A stretch of DNA of 64,000 nucleotides from Camelus dromedarius (lineage: Eukaryota): assembly GCF_036321535.1 (NCBI RefSeq), contig NC_087436.1, forward strand, positions 78,556,001 through 78,620,000, in the 5' to 3' direction. Positions 13,001-26,600 of this stretch are shown one piece after another. The translations under genes were made by a program, and so were the position numbers. Within the stretch, counting starts at the first letter, position 1, and each line of letters starts with the position of its first letter. Below the pieces are notes generated by a model. That model was not told where the DNA came from, did no database searches, and saw only the letters and a program-made list of their open reading frames with translations.

Positions 13001-16000
13001 TATGGTATACTCTAATAAAAGCCTACTTTTCAATAATTACTAGCTAATAATTCCAATGATAATGATATAGGGAAAAAATATTTGTTGCACAGACTCTTGA
13101 TTGAACCCTCAGAAAGGAGAACTTTTATATGTAAAAGTATAAAATGATGAATGGGAATGATGAACACTAAATTCGAAATAGTGGTTCCCTCTGCAAAGAG
13201 AAGGGAGAAGAAGTTGTGGGGACATTGTCTCTGTAACATTTTGACTGGATGGTAGGTCTACAACTGTTCTTGTTATCTTATTCTCCATACTTTGTTGGCA
13301 TACCCAAAATATTTCATTAATAAAAAAGGAGACTTCCACTTGAAAATATCTGTAATAAGATCATTAAGATTTACTTGGGACATTGCATGGTTTGGCCTAA
13401 ACCAGTCTTAAAAACCTTTTGCTAGTAAAAGAACAGGTGAGGAATAAGAAAGCTTCTATAATTTTTAGACTCATCATTTTTTTTAAGAGGAGGTTTGTTT
13501 TAACCTTTATATTGTAAAATAAAACAAAACAGAAAAACCTCATCAAGCAAATGTATAGTTTCATGAAGTTTTTCGAAGAACCCCACTACCAACCAACTGC
13601 AACTGTCACCTAAGTCAGAAAATGGAGTACTGCCAGCTCCCCCCAAAACTCCCCACCATGTAGCCTGGCCTGCTCACAGTTTCCTCCCTCCCCCTCAAAT
13701 CAACCATCATTCCAACTTCTGTTGCAGTCATTTATCCTGTTTATTGCCTCAGTACCTAAATATGCATCCTCAGACACAAGAGCCCAATCCTGCCCATTTT
13801 TAAAATTGATGTTTTCCAAGTCTCTTTAACCCACATATTTCCCCTCCTTCCCTTTCTTTTCCTTACAATTTATTGTTGAAGAACCTGTAGAGCTTCCCAT
13901 ATTCTGGTTTTGCTGATTGCATATTCAAAATACAATTCACCATGTTCCAAGCAGCCGGATCCGGCGGCATGATCCCTTTGGCAAGACTACAGGTGTTTTT
14001 TCATCAGATGGTACATAACATCTGCGTATGTCTCCTTTCGGCATGCTAGCAGCCATTGACTTTCACTGCCTACATCCTAGAGCCATTAATTTATTGGGGG
14101 GTTGCAAAATGGTGACATCTAGTTTTGTTTTCACTTATTAGCTGAAGTGATTTTTTTTGAAAAAAGATACTATCCTCCTCTACTATTTGCTTAACCTACA
14201 GTGGACATTCTAATTTGAGTCTTTTGAGGATCTCTTCCCTGAACTCCAGACTTGTATATCCAACTGCTTCTTCTACGTCTCTGTTGGATATCTAATGGGC
14301 ATCTCAAACTTAGTTCCAAAACCAAACCTCCCCCTACAGCCTTCCACATGTTACCTTTCCAGTGCCTCAGGCCAAAAGGCCTTCATATTTTAGAGAGTTT
14401 TTATTTAACGTAATTTACTTTGATTTTTCAAGTGTATGATAGATTCTCTAATTATTCTGATTATAAAAAGTTATCTACATAGTTTTTACACTGTTAGTGA
14501 GAGCTTGAAAATGAAATTTAAATTCTCTGTGTCATTGCTTAATTTCTTTAATGTGATGTAAATGAATGTACTCTTTTCAAAGCTTTGTCTACCATACTCT
14601 GTTTATTGATGGAATCACTTACCTATGTGCTTCAGACAATACCTTGGATACCATAACACCATCTGCATTTCTTAAAAATGTAAGTAATTTCTTGTACTAC
14701 TTTAAGGACTTCTTCAGTTACTGAAATTATTAGGTGTCTATTCTATAGTTTATTAGTAATAATGTCACTGACCAAAAGCAGATCATACATGTCTGCGAGA
14801 TTAACATCTACATGTCTGTATAGTAGAGCCATTAATGACCTTCAGAGATTTCTTGCCCTTATCCCTCATCTGTCTCCTGCTTTCATACCTCCCCTGACTC
14901 GAAAGCAAGATCTGCAAAGACAATCCACCCAGATCTACTAGAATCTCTCTGTGTATTTATTTTGTTCTTTAAAAATAAGAAAAATTATCTTTACTAATAT
15001 TTAATATACCTTTTCAATAGCATATGTATTTAATTTTCAAATAATTATTGTAAGACATTTCTGGTAGAAAATATGAATCAATTGTATGAGTTAAATGAAA
15101 AAAATTTTTTACTCAAGACATACTATCTTTAGGAAACATCTTACCTGAAAACTCCTGGCAAATATAAAATATGCTAAATGGAATACTTATATGTATGTAC
15201 TTATGTGGATAAATGAGATTTTATAAGTTTCTCAAAGGGTAATTAACCTTCTCAATAGATATCATCAGTTGCTATCACCCAGCATTTAATCTCCGACTAG
15301 AATAAGACTGTGAAAGGCAGTCTCAGAGGCAGACCACGGCTAAACCATTATTCTGATAACTTTATGGTCCAGATAGTATGTTTGTATCTTATTTTAAAAA
15401 GTAAAAAATACTAATCTTCAATTTTATTCACAAATATATAATTTAGGATAAATATTTTAACAAAAAATATTCATGGAAAAATCAGTCAGCTATACTATAG
15501 TTACTAATAGTTATTCTCCAGTCACAGTCATAAATAATGCATACATTTTATTTGTTTAGCATAACAACTTGTTTTAACACAACTCAAACTGTAACCATAT
15601 ATAGAATCAAAGATTACAAGACCTAATACTGTAGTTCACTCTACAGTTATGCCGAGACAGTCATTAGCATCTACCTGCTAAACGTTGTTAGCCATTTAAC
15701 TGACTCCACTCTAATTTTTTTTCCTTCTCTGCCATTATGGAAGAACATCTCAACTTTACCAACTTTTCAAAACTATATGACACAAAACTTCTAACCACAT
15801 GATGGTTACTACTACTTCTGAATTGTCAGAATTGTCAAAATTCCTTCTTGAAGTTTTGAAATGTCATATAACAACCCTATAGGTTTTGAAAAATAGTATC
15901 ATGATATTTAGTTGGGATTGTTTTGTTATTGTTGAATGGATTTTGAGGGTAGGGGCAGGAGGGGAAAATGGAAAGCATTTATTTAGAAGATATCATGGAA

Positions 16001-17625
16001 TCCCATCTTTCCTTCTCTGCCAAAAGGAAACATCTGCAAGTCCCCTCACTTCCCCAGAAATGCCAATACCAAAGAGTCAAGGCAGCACCTGCAGTCTCAC
16101 GATACGAGGCTGTGGTCTGTACTTCTGTGGTGGAGAAGACTGGGAAAGCACAGTTTTCATTAATACTGTATCTTTAAATGGAAAGGACACCCAGACACCA
16201 AAAATCCAGAAATGTTCTGGTTTCTTTTCTTGCCAGTTTCTGCCAGACTTTGCTTCAAATAATGCTTGCTCTGTAGTTCTCCAGTTGAAATTATCTATAT
16301 AGTTTAAATATTTCCATTAATTTTCCCAGGTTAGTGAGACTTTTCTGAGAAATCCTTTGATGTCACAAGAACATTTTTCTCCTTCAAATGCAGTCGCTGC
16401 AGATTTTCAACAAGTATTAGGAAAGTATATGGTATGTAACCTCCAATTGTATTCCTAAACATTGTTAGTGTTACATCTAACTAATCAGGAATTATGAGTT
16501 AAGAGCTGTTAAGGTGAATGAGAAGTAAGAACTTCTATCTCTATATAATGATAAGGAATGGTATCCAAGATACATTGATAAGTGAGTAAAGCAAGATAGA
16601 GAAAATATGTATAGTATTCTGTTATTTACTTATCATCCTGTATGCATCCATTTAAGAAAGAGGGAATAAACACAAATATATTTTTGCTTATAGTGAAAAA
16701 GGGTGGGACAGAAGGACATGGGAAGGATAAACCAAAAGCATTTCAATGGTTGCCTGTGTAGAAATGGGGACAGGAATAGAAACTAGAGCTCTCTGAATGA
16801 AAGTTGACTTGGAACTGTTGTAAATATTTTACACAATTATAAAATCCTATTAAAGTAAATATTTTAAGTAGTCCCTAATAAGTGAAATAAGACAGTCCGA
16901 GAGGACAAATACTGTGTGATGCCACTTATTTGAGGTACATAGAGTAATCAGATTAATAGAGACAAAGTAGAATGGCGGTTGCCAGAGACTGAGTGGAAGG
17001 GAGGAGGAGTTCTTGTTTAATGGGTACAGAGTTTCAGTTTGGGAAAATAAAAAAGTTCTGGAGATGGATGGTAGTGATAGCTGCACAGCAAGGTGAATAT
17101 CCTTAATGCCACTGAACTAAGCAGTTGAAAATAGTTAAAATTACACATTTTATGATATGTATGTTTTAACATAATAAAGTTTTTAAATTTTTTTCTTTTA
17201 TTGAGACATAGTTACTGTATAATATTATTTAAGTTATAGGTATATAATATGATTCACAATTTTTAAAGATTATACTCCATTTATAGTTACTATGAAGTAT
17301 TGGCGTATTCCCTATGTGGTACAGTATATCCTTGTAGCTTATTTTATACCTAATAGTGTCTACCTCTTACTACCCTACCCCTGTCTTACCCCTCCCCCAT
17401 TTCATCTCCCCATTGGTAACCACTAGTTTGTTCTCCATATCTGTGAGTCTGCTTCTTTTTTGTTATATTCACTAGCTTGTTGTATTTTTTAGATTCTACA
17501 TATAAGTGATGTACAGGATTTGTCTTCTCTGTCTGACTTATTTCAGTTAGCATAATGCCCTCCAAGTCCATCCATTGTTGCTGCAAATGGCAATATTTCA
17601 TTCTTTTTTATGGCTGAGTGGTATT

Positions 17626-17660
<35 letters not shown>

Positions 17661-20600
17661 CTCACATCTTCTTAATCTATTGGCCTGTTGATGGACACTT
17701 TGGGTGCTTCTGTATCTGGGCTATTGTAAATAATGCTGCTATGAACATCGGGATGCATGTATCTTTTCAAATTAGTACTTTTATTTTTTTTCAAATATAT
17801 ACCCAGGAATGGAATTGCTGGGTCTTATGGTAGTTCTATTTTTAGTTTGTTGAGAAACCTCCACACTGTTTTCCACAGTAGTTGCACCAGTTTATATTCC
17901 CACCAACAGTGTACAAGGGACAAACCAAATATTTGATGATACTAAGGAATATTTTTAGATGTCATGATTTTGTTTTTAAGAAAAATAAGGCTGTATCTTC
18001 TAGAGATACAAAATGAAGCATTTACAGATTAAAATAATAGACTGTCTGGGATTTGCTTTAAAATAATACATTTGGGGAAGGGGTAATCGATAGTTGTATA
18101 GGTGAAATAAGATTGGCGATGCTGAAACTAGGTGATGGGCACACTGAATAATTCACTCTGTTTCTGTATATATTTGAACTTTTCCATAATAAAATATTTT
18201 AAGTATACCTGCATCAGTTTTCAATGTATGTGTAACAAATTTACCGCAAATCAGCAGCCAGAAACACGACACATTTACTATCTCACACAGTTAGTATAGG
18301 TCAGAAATCGAGGCTCAGTTTAACTGGGTTCTCTGCTCAGGGCCTCTCAGGGTTGCAGTCCGTGTGTCAGCCCGGCTGTGTTCTCTTCTGGAAGCTCTGG
18401 GGAAGAATCTGCTTCTGGCCTCATTCGGGTTGTTACAGAGTTCATTTCCTCAGAGCTGTGCAAGGGATGCCACTTTTTGCTGGCTGTCAGCTGGAGGACA
18501 CCCCTGGTCCTAAAGACTGATGGCAGCTCCTTGCCATGTGAGCATCCTCAGCACAGGGCTTGCTTCTTCAGGGCCAGCAGAGGAACCTCTCACTCCAGTC
18601 TGCTAACTGTTATATAATATGACATAATCATAGGAGTGACATTGCATCACCTTTGCTTCCATTCATTAGGAGAAAATCACACTTAAGTGGGGGAAATCTT
18701 ACTAAGATATGACTCAGTGGGGGTCACCATACGGTGTGCCCACCACAATGCCTGAAAAAGTAACTCAGGATAGATATATTAAATATTTCTTATGAAGAAT
18801 TCTGTAATATTCAATGCAGCCAAAATATATTATTATCATAACTCCGTGAAAACTAGTTACCATGCAAAAATATGCACATTTTAAGCAGTTAACACATCTG
18901 ACATCAAAAAGATTCCTGTTTAACATTTATAAACTAACCTGGTGGGCTTTAAATCTGCAGAAAATTTTGTAAAACTTGTTGAATTTTTTATACTATAATT
19001 AACAAAATGCACACAGCAGAAAAAAAAGTAGTTTTGAGAGAGTTTTAATTATATATTACATATTTTAATTATATATATGTATATATATAAATGTACCAAA
19101 TACCATTGAACGGACTATGAATACATTATCTTAACAAAACTTAGATGCATCTCTTAGATTAAAAAAGATTAAGCACTTTTTAAAAGGAGAGGAAAAGAGA
19201 AGAGAAACAAAAAGAAAAATCAAAGATTCACTATTTATCTTAACTTGATTATATCTGCAAAAACCTTATTTCCAAATAAGGTCACATTCACAGGTATCCA
19301 GAATTAGGATTTGAAGGTATCTTTTTGGAGGGATACAGTTCCCTCTCTTCTACATCCAACTAGTAAGCTCCTGACAGAACGTCAACTATGAGTTGTATGG
19401 TCCAGGAACCAAGATCAGAGTTCTGTTTAAGGTGGATTTGATCACTTGCCAAAGATCAAGAGGTTTTCATATCATTTTTATTCAAAAAGTAATAGTCATT
19501 AATAAAGTGAGATAAAGCAAAAGTATTTAAAGTGAAATATGAGTATTTCCTAAGGTCTCAATCAAACTCCCTTGAGGTGAGCACTGTTAACAGTTTGGTG
19601 TGTAACCTTCCAGAATTATACAATGAGTAAAGGCTTAATCTCTGGAGCTTCTTGCTTAGCCTCTAGCTGTGTAAAATCAGGCAATATATTAACTTCTCTC
19701 AGTCTGAATTTTCTTATTTAGAAAATAAGAGACAGTAGGAGTACTACTTTATATAGTGGTTTGGGAATTAAATGAACTAGCATGTGTGAAGTGCTTAAAA
19801 CAGTGCCTGGAACATACTAAGTGCTTAATGAGTTATTATTTAATACTGTTCTGCAGCTGCAGCTTACCTCTTTAATATAGCACTATATCTTAGAGATCAT
19901 TTTTCATATAGATTGAGTGGAAGACAAAAATAGGAACAAAGAACAAGAGCAATGAATAGAAAACAGTAACAAATATGGAAGATATTAATCCAACCATATC
20001 AATAATCACTTTAAAAGTTAGCAGTCTTAATACACCAATTAAAAGACAGAAATTGTCAAATTGGATCAAAAAACTGTCACAAGAATGAGAAGACAAGCCA
20101 CAGACTGGGAGAAAATGTTTGCAAAAGAGAAATGTGATAAAGAACTATAATCCAGAATATACAAAGACCACTGAAAACTCAACAATAAGAAAATAAACAA
20201 CCTGATTGAAACATAGGTCAAAGATATGAATAGATACCTCACCAAAGAAGATATACAGATGGCAAATAAGCATATGAAAAGATGCTCAACATCATATGTC
20301 ATTAGGGAATTGCAAATTAAAGTAACAATGAGATACCCCTCACACACCTATTAGAATGGCCAAAATTCAAAACACAACACCAAATGCTGGCAAGGATGTG
20401 GAGCAGTAGAAACTCTTATTCACTGCAGGTGGGAATGCAAAATGGTACAGTCACATTGGAAGGCAATTTGGCAGTTTCTTACAAAACTAACATACTCTTA
20501 CCATATGATCCAGCAATTATGCTTCTTGGTATTTACATAGAGGAATTGAAACTTACATCCACACAGAAACCTGTATATGGATGTTAGAGCAGATTTATTC

Positions 20601-23600
20601 ATAATTGCCAAAACATGGAAGCAACCAAGATGTCTTTCCATAGGATAAATAAACTGCAGTACATCCAAACCATGGACTATTATTCAGCCCTAAAAAAAAA
20701 TGAGCTATTAAGCCATGAAAAGACATGAATCTTAAGTTCATATTACTAAGTGAGAGAAGCCAATATGAAAAGGCTACACATTGTATGATTCTAACTATGT
20801 GGTATTCTGGAAAAGGCAACACTATGGAGACAGTAAAAAGACCAGTTGTCTCCAGGGCTTAGGGAAAAAGGAAGCATGATTAGGTGGAGCACAAAGGATT
20901 TTAAGGGCAGTGAAGCTGTTCTGTATGATGCTGTAAAAACGAATACATGTCATTATGTCATTATACATTTGTCCAAATCCGTTGAATTTACAGTATTAAC
21001 AGTGAACACTAATGTAAACTATGGGCTTTGTATGATAACGATGCATCAATGTGGGGTCACCCATTGTGACAAATGTACCAGTCAAGTGCAGGATGTTGAT
21101 GGTGAGGAAGGCTGTGCATGTGTCAGGGATAAGGAGTATCTGTACTTTTCACTCAATTTTACTGTAAACCTAAAACTGCTCTTTTTTAAAAGTCTCTACT
21201 AATAAATAAACAAAAAATTTAAACTTAAAAAGAAACTTCCACTGCTGATTATACAGTCCTGCTCCCGCCACCCTCCATTTTTCCTGCAAGATTAAGGTGA
21301 GACAATTTGAGGCTTAGTTGATTCCTTATGCTGAAATGCAAGTGAGATGTGCCTTTGACACCTTTGTTCTAATTTATACAGTGTATCATAATAGATTTCA
21401 CTTATAGAAAATAAAATTTATATTATATTTCACTTCTATATAGATGAAATACAATAAAAATCAAGATGACAGCTCGATGTCCACACTGAGGAGTCAAGTG
21501 ACTGATGTAAAAAATGTTCTGACCCAAAATATTGATAAAATTTTGGAAAACGAGGGAAGATTGAATATCTTCTCTGATAAGACAGCTAATCTGCAAACAA
21601 CTGTGAGTGTTACAGAGCTCTCTTGATACCTAAATACTGCTCTAAAGCACAGGCTCACTACCCTTGAGACAAACTGCCCAAAGCAAAAATACACCTGGGA
21701 CACTAAGTGAGAGAATCGTATGTCACCAAGCTATGGCTTCATGAAAAAAATTATTGAAATGCAACTAAAGTATTAAAAGAATAATTATAAAACAATCCAA
21801 ATTTTAAAACCCATTAAAGTAACAGATGGTTATTTGTGTGAAAGGAGGATTTCTTACATTAAGAAACACAGAGGTTAGTCAACAAATAAATTGCAAGGGA
21901 AAAAAGGAGAAGGAAACTTACCCAAAAAAAGACTTAGAAGGTATTATCAATTGCAGTGTGTGGTCCTTACTTGGATTTTGATTCTAACAAACTATAAAAG
22001 TGAAATTTCACAGCTTCATGAGACAACTAGATATTTGAACTCTGGCTGGATGCTAGATGATATTAAGGAATATTACTAATTTTTAGGTGTGATAATGGCA
22101 TTGTGGTTATGTTTTTTTTAAAACACCTTCATTGTGGTATGTTTCCTGTACAGCAAACTAAACATATTTCAAACGTACAATTTGATTAATTTTGATAGCT
22201 GCATACACCAGTGAAATCACTATGGCATTGTGGTTATGTTTTGAAAAGAGTCATTACTTATTAGAGATATACAGTAAAATACTTACGAATGAAATTATGT
22301 AACATCTGAATTTTGCTTCAGAATAGTTCAGGAGTTGGGGAGTAGAATGGGGTATAAATGAAATAAAATTGGCCATAAAATAACAATGGTTAAAACTGGA
22401 TGTTGAGAATATAGGGGCTCATTATGCCACCTGTTAACTTTTGTATGTGTTTGAAATTCTGTATTAAAAAATAGTTTTAAAACAATCACTAAAAGTTGAA
22501 AGCTTCCTCTGAGCATTTAAAATTTTATTTTTACAGATAGTTTCTAGAAACACAGCCACCAGGTAAAGCAAAGTCTACACATACTTTTTACTCACCAAGT
22601 TCTATTAATTCACCTTCCTAAATCTTTTTTGTTCTTAGGCTCATTTTTACTTCTTTAAAAACAACTTACCAAAGCATTATTTACATATAATATTCACCCA
22701 CCTTAAGTGGAGTTTAATGGCTTGTGGTAATTGTGTACAATTGTGTGACCACAATCAAGTTGTAGACCAGCTCTTCCATCCTAAAATCTTCCTCATCCCT
22801 CCTTTATAGTTGACTTAACCCTACCTCTGACCCCAACCAACCACTGATCTGCTTTCAGTTACTATAGTCTTGCCTCTTCTGGAGCGTCGTATAAATAGAA
22901 TCATAAAATACATAGTCTTTTGTGTTTGACTTCTTTTACTTAACATAATGTTTCTAATATCCATGTTGTTGTGTGTTAATATTTTATTCCTTTTCATTGC
23001 TAAATAGTATTCCACAGAATGGCTAAATCTCTTAAACCCACCTTCTGCTCATCCATTGCCACTCACTGTCTCACTCCAAGATCAGTTCTCTCTTGCCTGA
23101 TTCTGGTAATTCCCAGATTTAATTGTTCTCCCACCTTTTAGTTTTATTCTACTCCAGTCATCCTCCACACTGACACTATAAATATTCTTTTAAAATGAAA
23201 GTATGGATATTATCTATAGCCTTTTTAAAACCCTCCAGTGGTGCACCTTTGTTAGACACCAGGGTACTGTTCAACATCTCTAACTTAGTGAGCTTTCTTC
23301 TGACTATATTGTCATCCAGAGGTCATGGTCCTGTAGTTTATAAGTCTCAAAAAATACCAGACTATTTGTAATTCTCCAAAGTACACATTGAATGATTTCA
23401 CACCTTTAAATATACTGTTCCCTCTTTTTCCTTGCCTTGGAAAACTTCTATTCATCCATCAAAACCCAGCTCAAGAGTCATCTCCTCATTCATTACACAG
23501 GCTGAGTTTTTCCCTCTTATCTTTGCTATCCTTGCACCTTTTACTCATTGGTTAATTCAACAAAATCTCTTGAAGATCTACTGTCTATGTATGTGTCTAT

Positions 23601-26600
23601 AGTATTGTTTTGCATTTCTAAACTTTGTATTTATGACATTATAATGATTGTACCCTTCTGCAACCTGAGTTTTCAGTTCTACCTATGTTTTTGAGAGGTG
23701 TTCATTTTGATACACTTAGCTCTAATTTATCAGTTTAACTTCTGACAGCATAACATTACTATTTTAAGAAATACGGTGTGCTTATCCTTTCCTTTCCTCT
23801 TTTAATAAACGTTAATGTAGATTCCAACTTTTTCTTTTTAAGGAACAATACTGCATTGAACTTTTGGTACACATTTGCAAAAATGTTTTTAAGACAATTG
23901 TCTATAGAGTTTTTTGATCATGCATACTTATTTGTAAAATATTCTTGAGACTGCATTTAAATATATAGATATAAATTATATATAAGCTATATATGTTCTT
24001 CTATAATATGTTATATATTATAAAACATACAGAAAAATAGAAATTAAAAGAATGAGACAAAGATGAAATAAAATATTAAATAATTTGTTTTCTTAACAAA
24101 ATTAAAACTATTTCCCTGATTAAGAAAAATATTGATAACATTTTTTAATGCTAGCAATGTGATTAAAAGTCAGCTCTTACTACAAATGACTATTTTTTAA
24201 AATCTCTAAATATGGCAGATGGAGTATTCAAACTAGAAGCAGAGATATATCCTCGTTGCCATTTTCTTATTTATATTTGCCTTATTAGTATAATTAAGCC
24301 ACACGTCTACTTTTTAGTTTAGTGAAAACTAAGTACTAATACTCATACATTCATTTACCCAGATGCATGTAAATTGTAGGAACTGGAATATCCTACAAGC
24401 GAGTGGGTAAAGGAGTATGCTGTGGTCAGCTCTCTATCACTGTGGAATTTCCTCTCTTCCCTCAAAACACCTTAACTTTCATGCTATACCATCTTATATA
24501 ACACCTAGGGAAGATGTCAGTGCCTATCCATATGTTAAACACTAAATATTTTCATTTCCTCCTTTTTTTGTTTTTAATGTAGGTACTGGATATTGAACCC
24601 AGGACCTTGTGCATGCTAAGCATGCACTCTACCACGTGAGCTGTAACCTCCACCCGCCTCCTTCTTGTTTTGTAGATTAAGATGAACAAATAGAGGTTCT
24701 AATATTATGTTTCTGTTTTCCAGTGAATCATTTTACACAACCTCCTGGGATGTTTAATCCCATTTTGGAACCCTCATTCTACAATATATACATAGAAATG
24801 GAATTGCTGGATCTTAAAATATGTGCACCTTTAAATTAACAAATATTTCAAAATTGCTTTCCCAACTGTTATGCCCATTTATACTTCCATCAGTATCGTA
24901 TGTGAGGTCCTGTTGCTCCATAGCACCTTGCCAATACTTGGGATTATGAGATTATAATTTTTAACAGTTTTGTAGGGGAAAGAAAATAATTATTGTCTTA
25001 ATTTGCATTTCCCTAATTTTGAATGACAGTGAGCAATTTTTGTGTTTATTAACCATTAGATTTTCTTTTGTGAATTGTCTATTGACATCCTTTGCCCATT
25101 TTGCTAATGGGCTGTCTACCTTTTTAAATACTTTGTAGTTATATGTATATAATACTAATTTTATAACTATTAAAGAATGAATATATAATTCTTCATCCTA
25201 ATAGTTATGTAAAGTGTAAATATATTCTCCCAATATGTGGCTTGATTTTAACTTTGTGTGTAGTGTCCCTTTTAGGACTAAAGTCTAACTTTCATGTAGG
25301 CAAATATATTAGTCTTGTTCTTCATAGTTATGCTTTCTGTGTCTTGTTTAAGAATGCCTTCCTTTCCCCAGGTTATAAGCAGACTCTTACATTGTCTCAA
25401 AAGTTTTTAATTCTGCTTCTTAAACATGGATCTTTAAACATCTGAAATTTTATTTTTGCATAAATTATGAGGTAGGTCAGAATCAAATTTTATTATTTTC
25501 TGTATAAATAACCAGTACCCTAAACAACTGTTTTTCAATTGAAGAATAGTCAGTTTACAGTGTTGTGTCAATTTCCCATATACAGCATAATGTTTCAGTC
25601 ATACATATACATATATATATTTCTTTTCATATTCTTTTTATTATAGGTTACAAGATATTGAATATAGTTTCCTGTGCTATAAAACAAATAATCATTTATT
25701 GAATAGCTCAGCCTTTCCCATCTGGTTTGTAATGCCAACCTTGTCACATGTAATGTTTTCATATGTAAACAGTTTTTAATCTTTTTCGATTTTTATGTAT
25801 TATATTCTACAGGTCTATTTCTATATCTTTGGACCATTTAAACATTAAAAAAACATTTTTGGTGGGGGAGGTAATTAGGTTTATTTATTTATTTTTGGAG
25901 GAGGTACAGGGGTTTGAACCCTGAATCTCATGCATACTAAGCATGCACTCTGCCACTTGAGCTATATCCTCCCCCAATTTTAACATTAAAACACCATTTT
26001 AGTTACTGTGGTCTTATGAGAAGCCTTAATATCTTATAGGGCCAGTTCATCTACTTTATACTTTTTGGAAATTATGTTGGCAAGGCTTGCTTCTTTCTCT
26101 TTCAGGGAATTTTAGAATCTACATCTCAAGTTACACACACACAAAAAAGGTTATCAGGCTGTTAGGTGGAATCATGTTAATACGGGGAGAACATTTTATT
26201 TAAAATACAATTTTCCCACCTCTGAACATGCTATGTCTCTTCATTTTTCTAAGTCTCTTTCAAAAATCTTTCAATAGAGTTTTATAATTTTTCCCATAAA
26301 GATCTTGTACAACTCTTGTGAGATTTATTTCTTGATATCTTACCATTTTGTTGCTATTGTAAAGGACATTTTTTAAACTACATTTTCAAAAAAAATTTTT
26401 TGATTAATAGGAACACAGTCAATTTTTGCATATTGATTTTGTATCCCAAGTCTTGCTGAACTCTTTTATGGTAATATTTTTTGTATGGATTTATTTGCAT
26501 TTTCTACATAGGAATTCTATCATATGTAAACAAGGACTGGATTTTTTTTATCCTTTCCAATGTATCTTATTTGTTTATTCATTTATTTGTTTGTTTGTTC

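Noticed and set aside
15886..16302. 138-aa ORF just before exon 4
   Set aside because: TTG start, no recognisable similarity, and it lies in intron 3.
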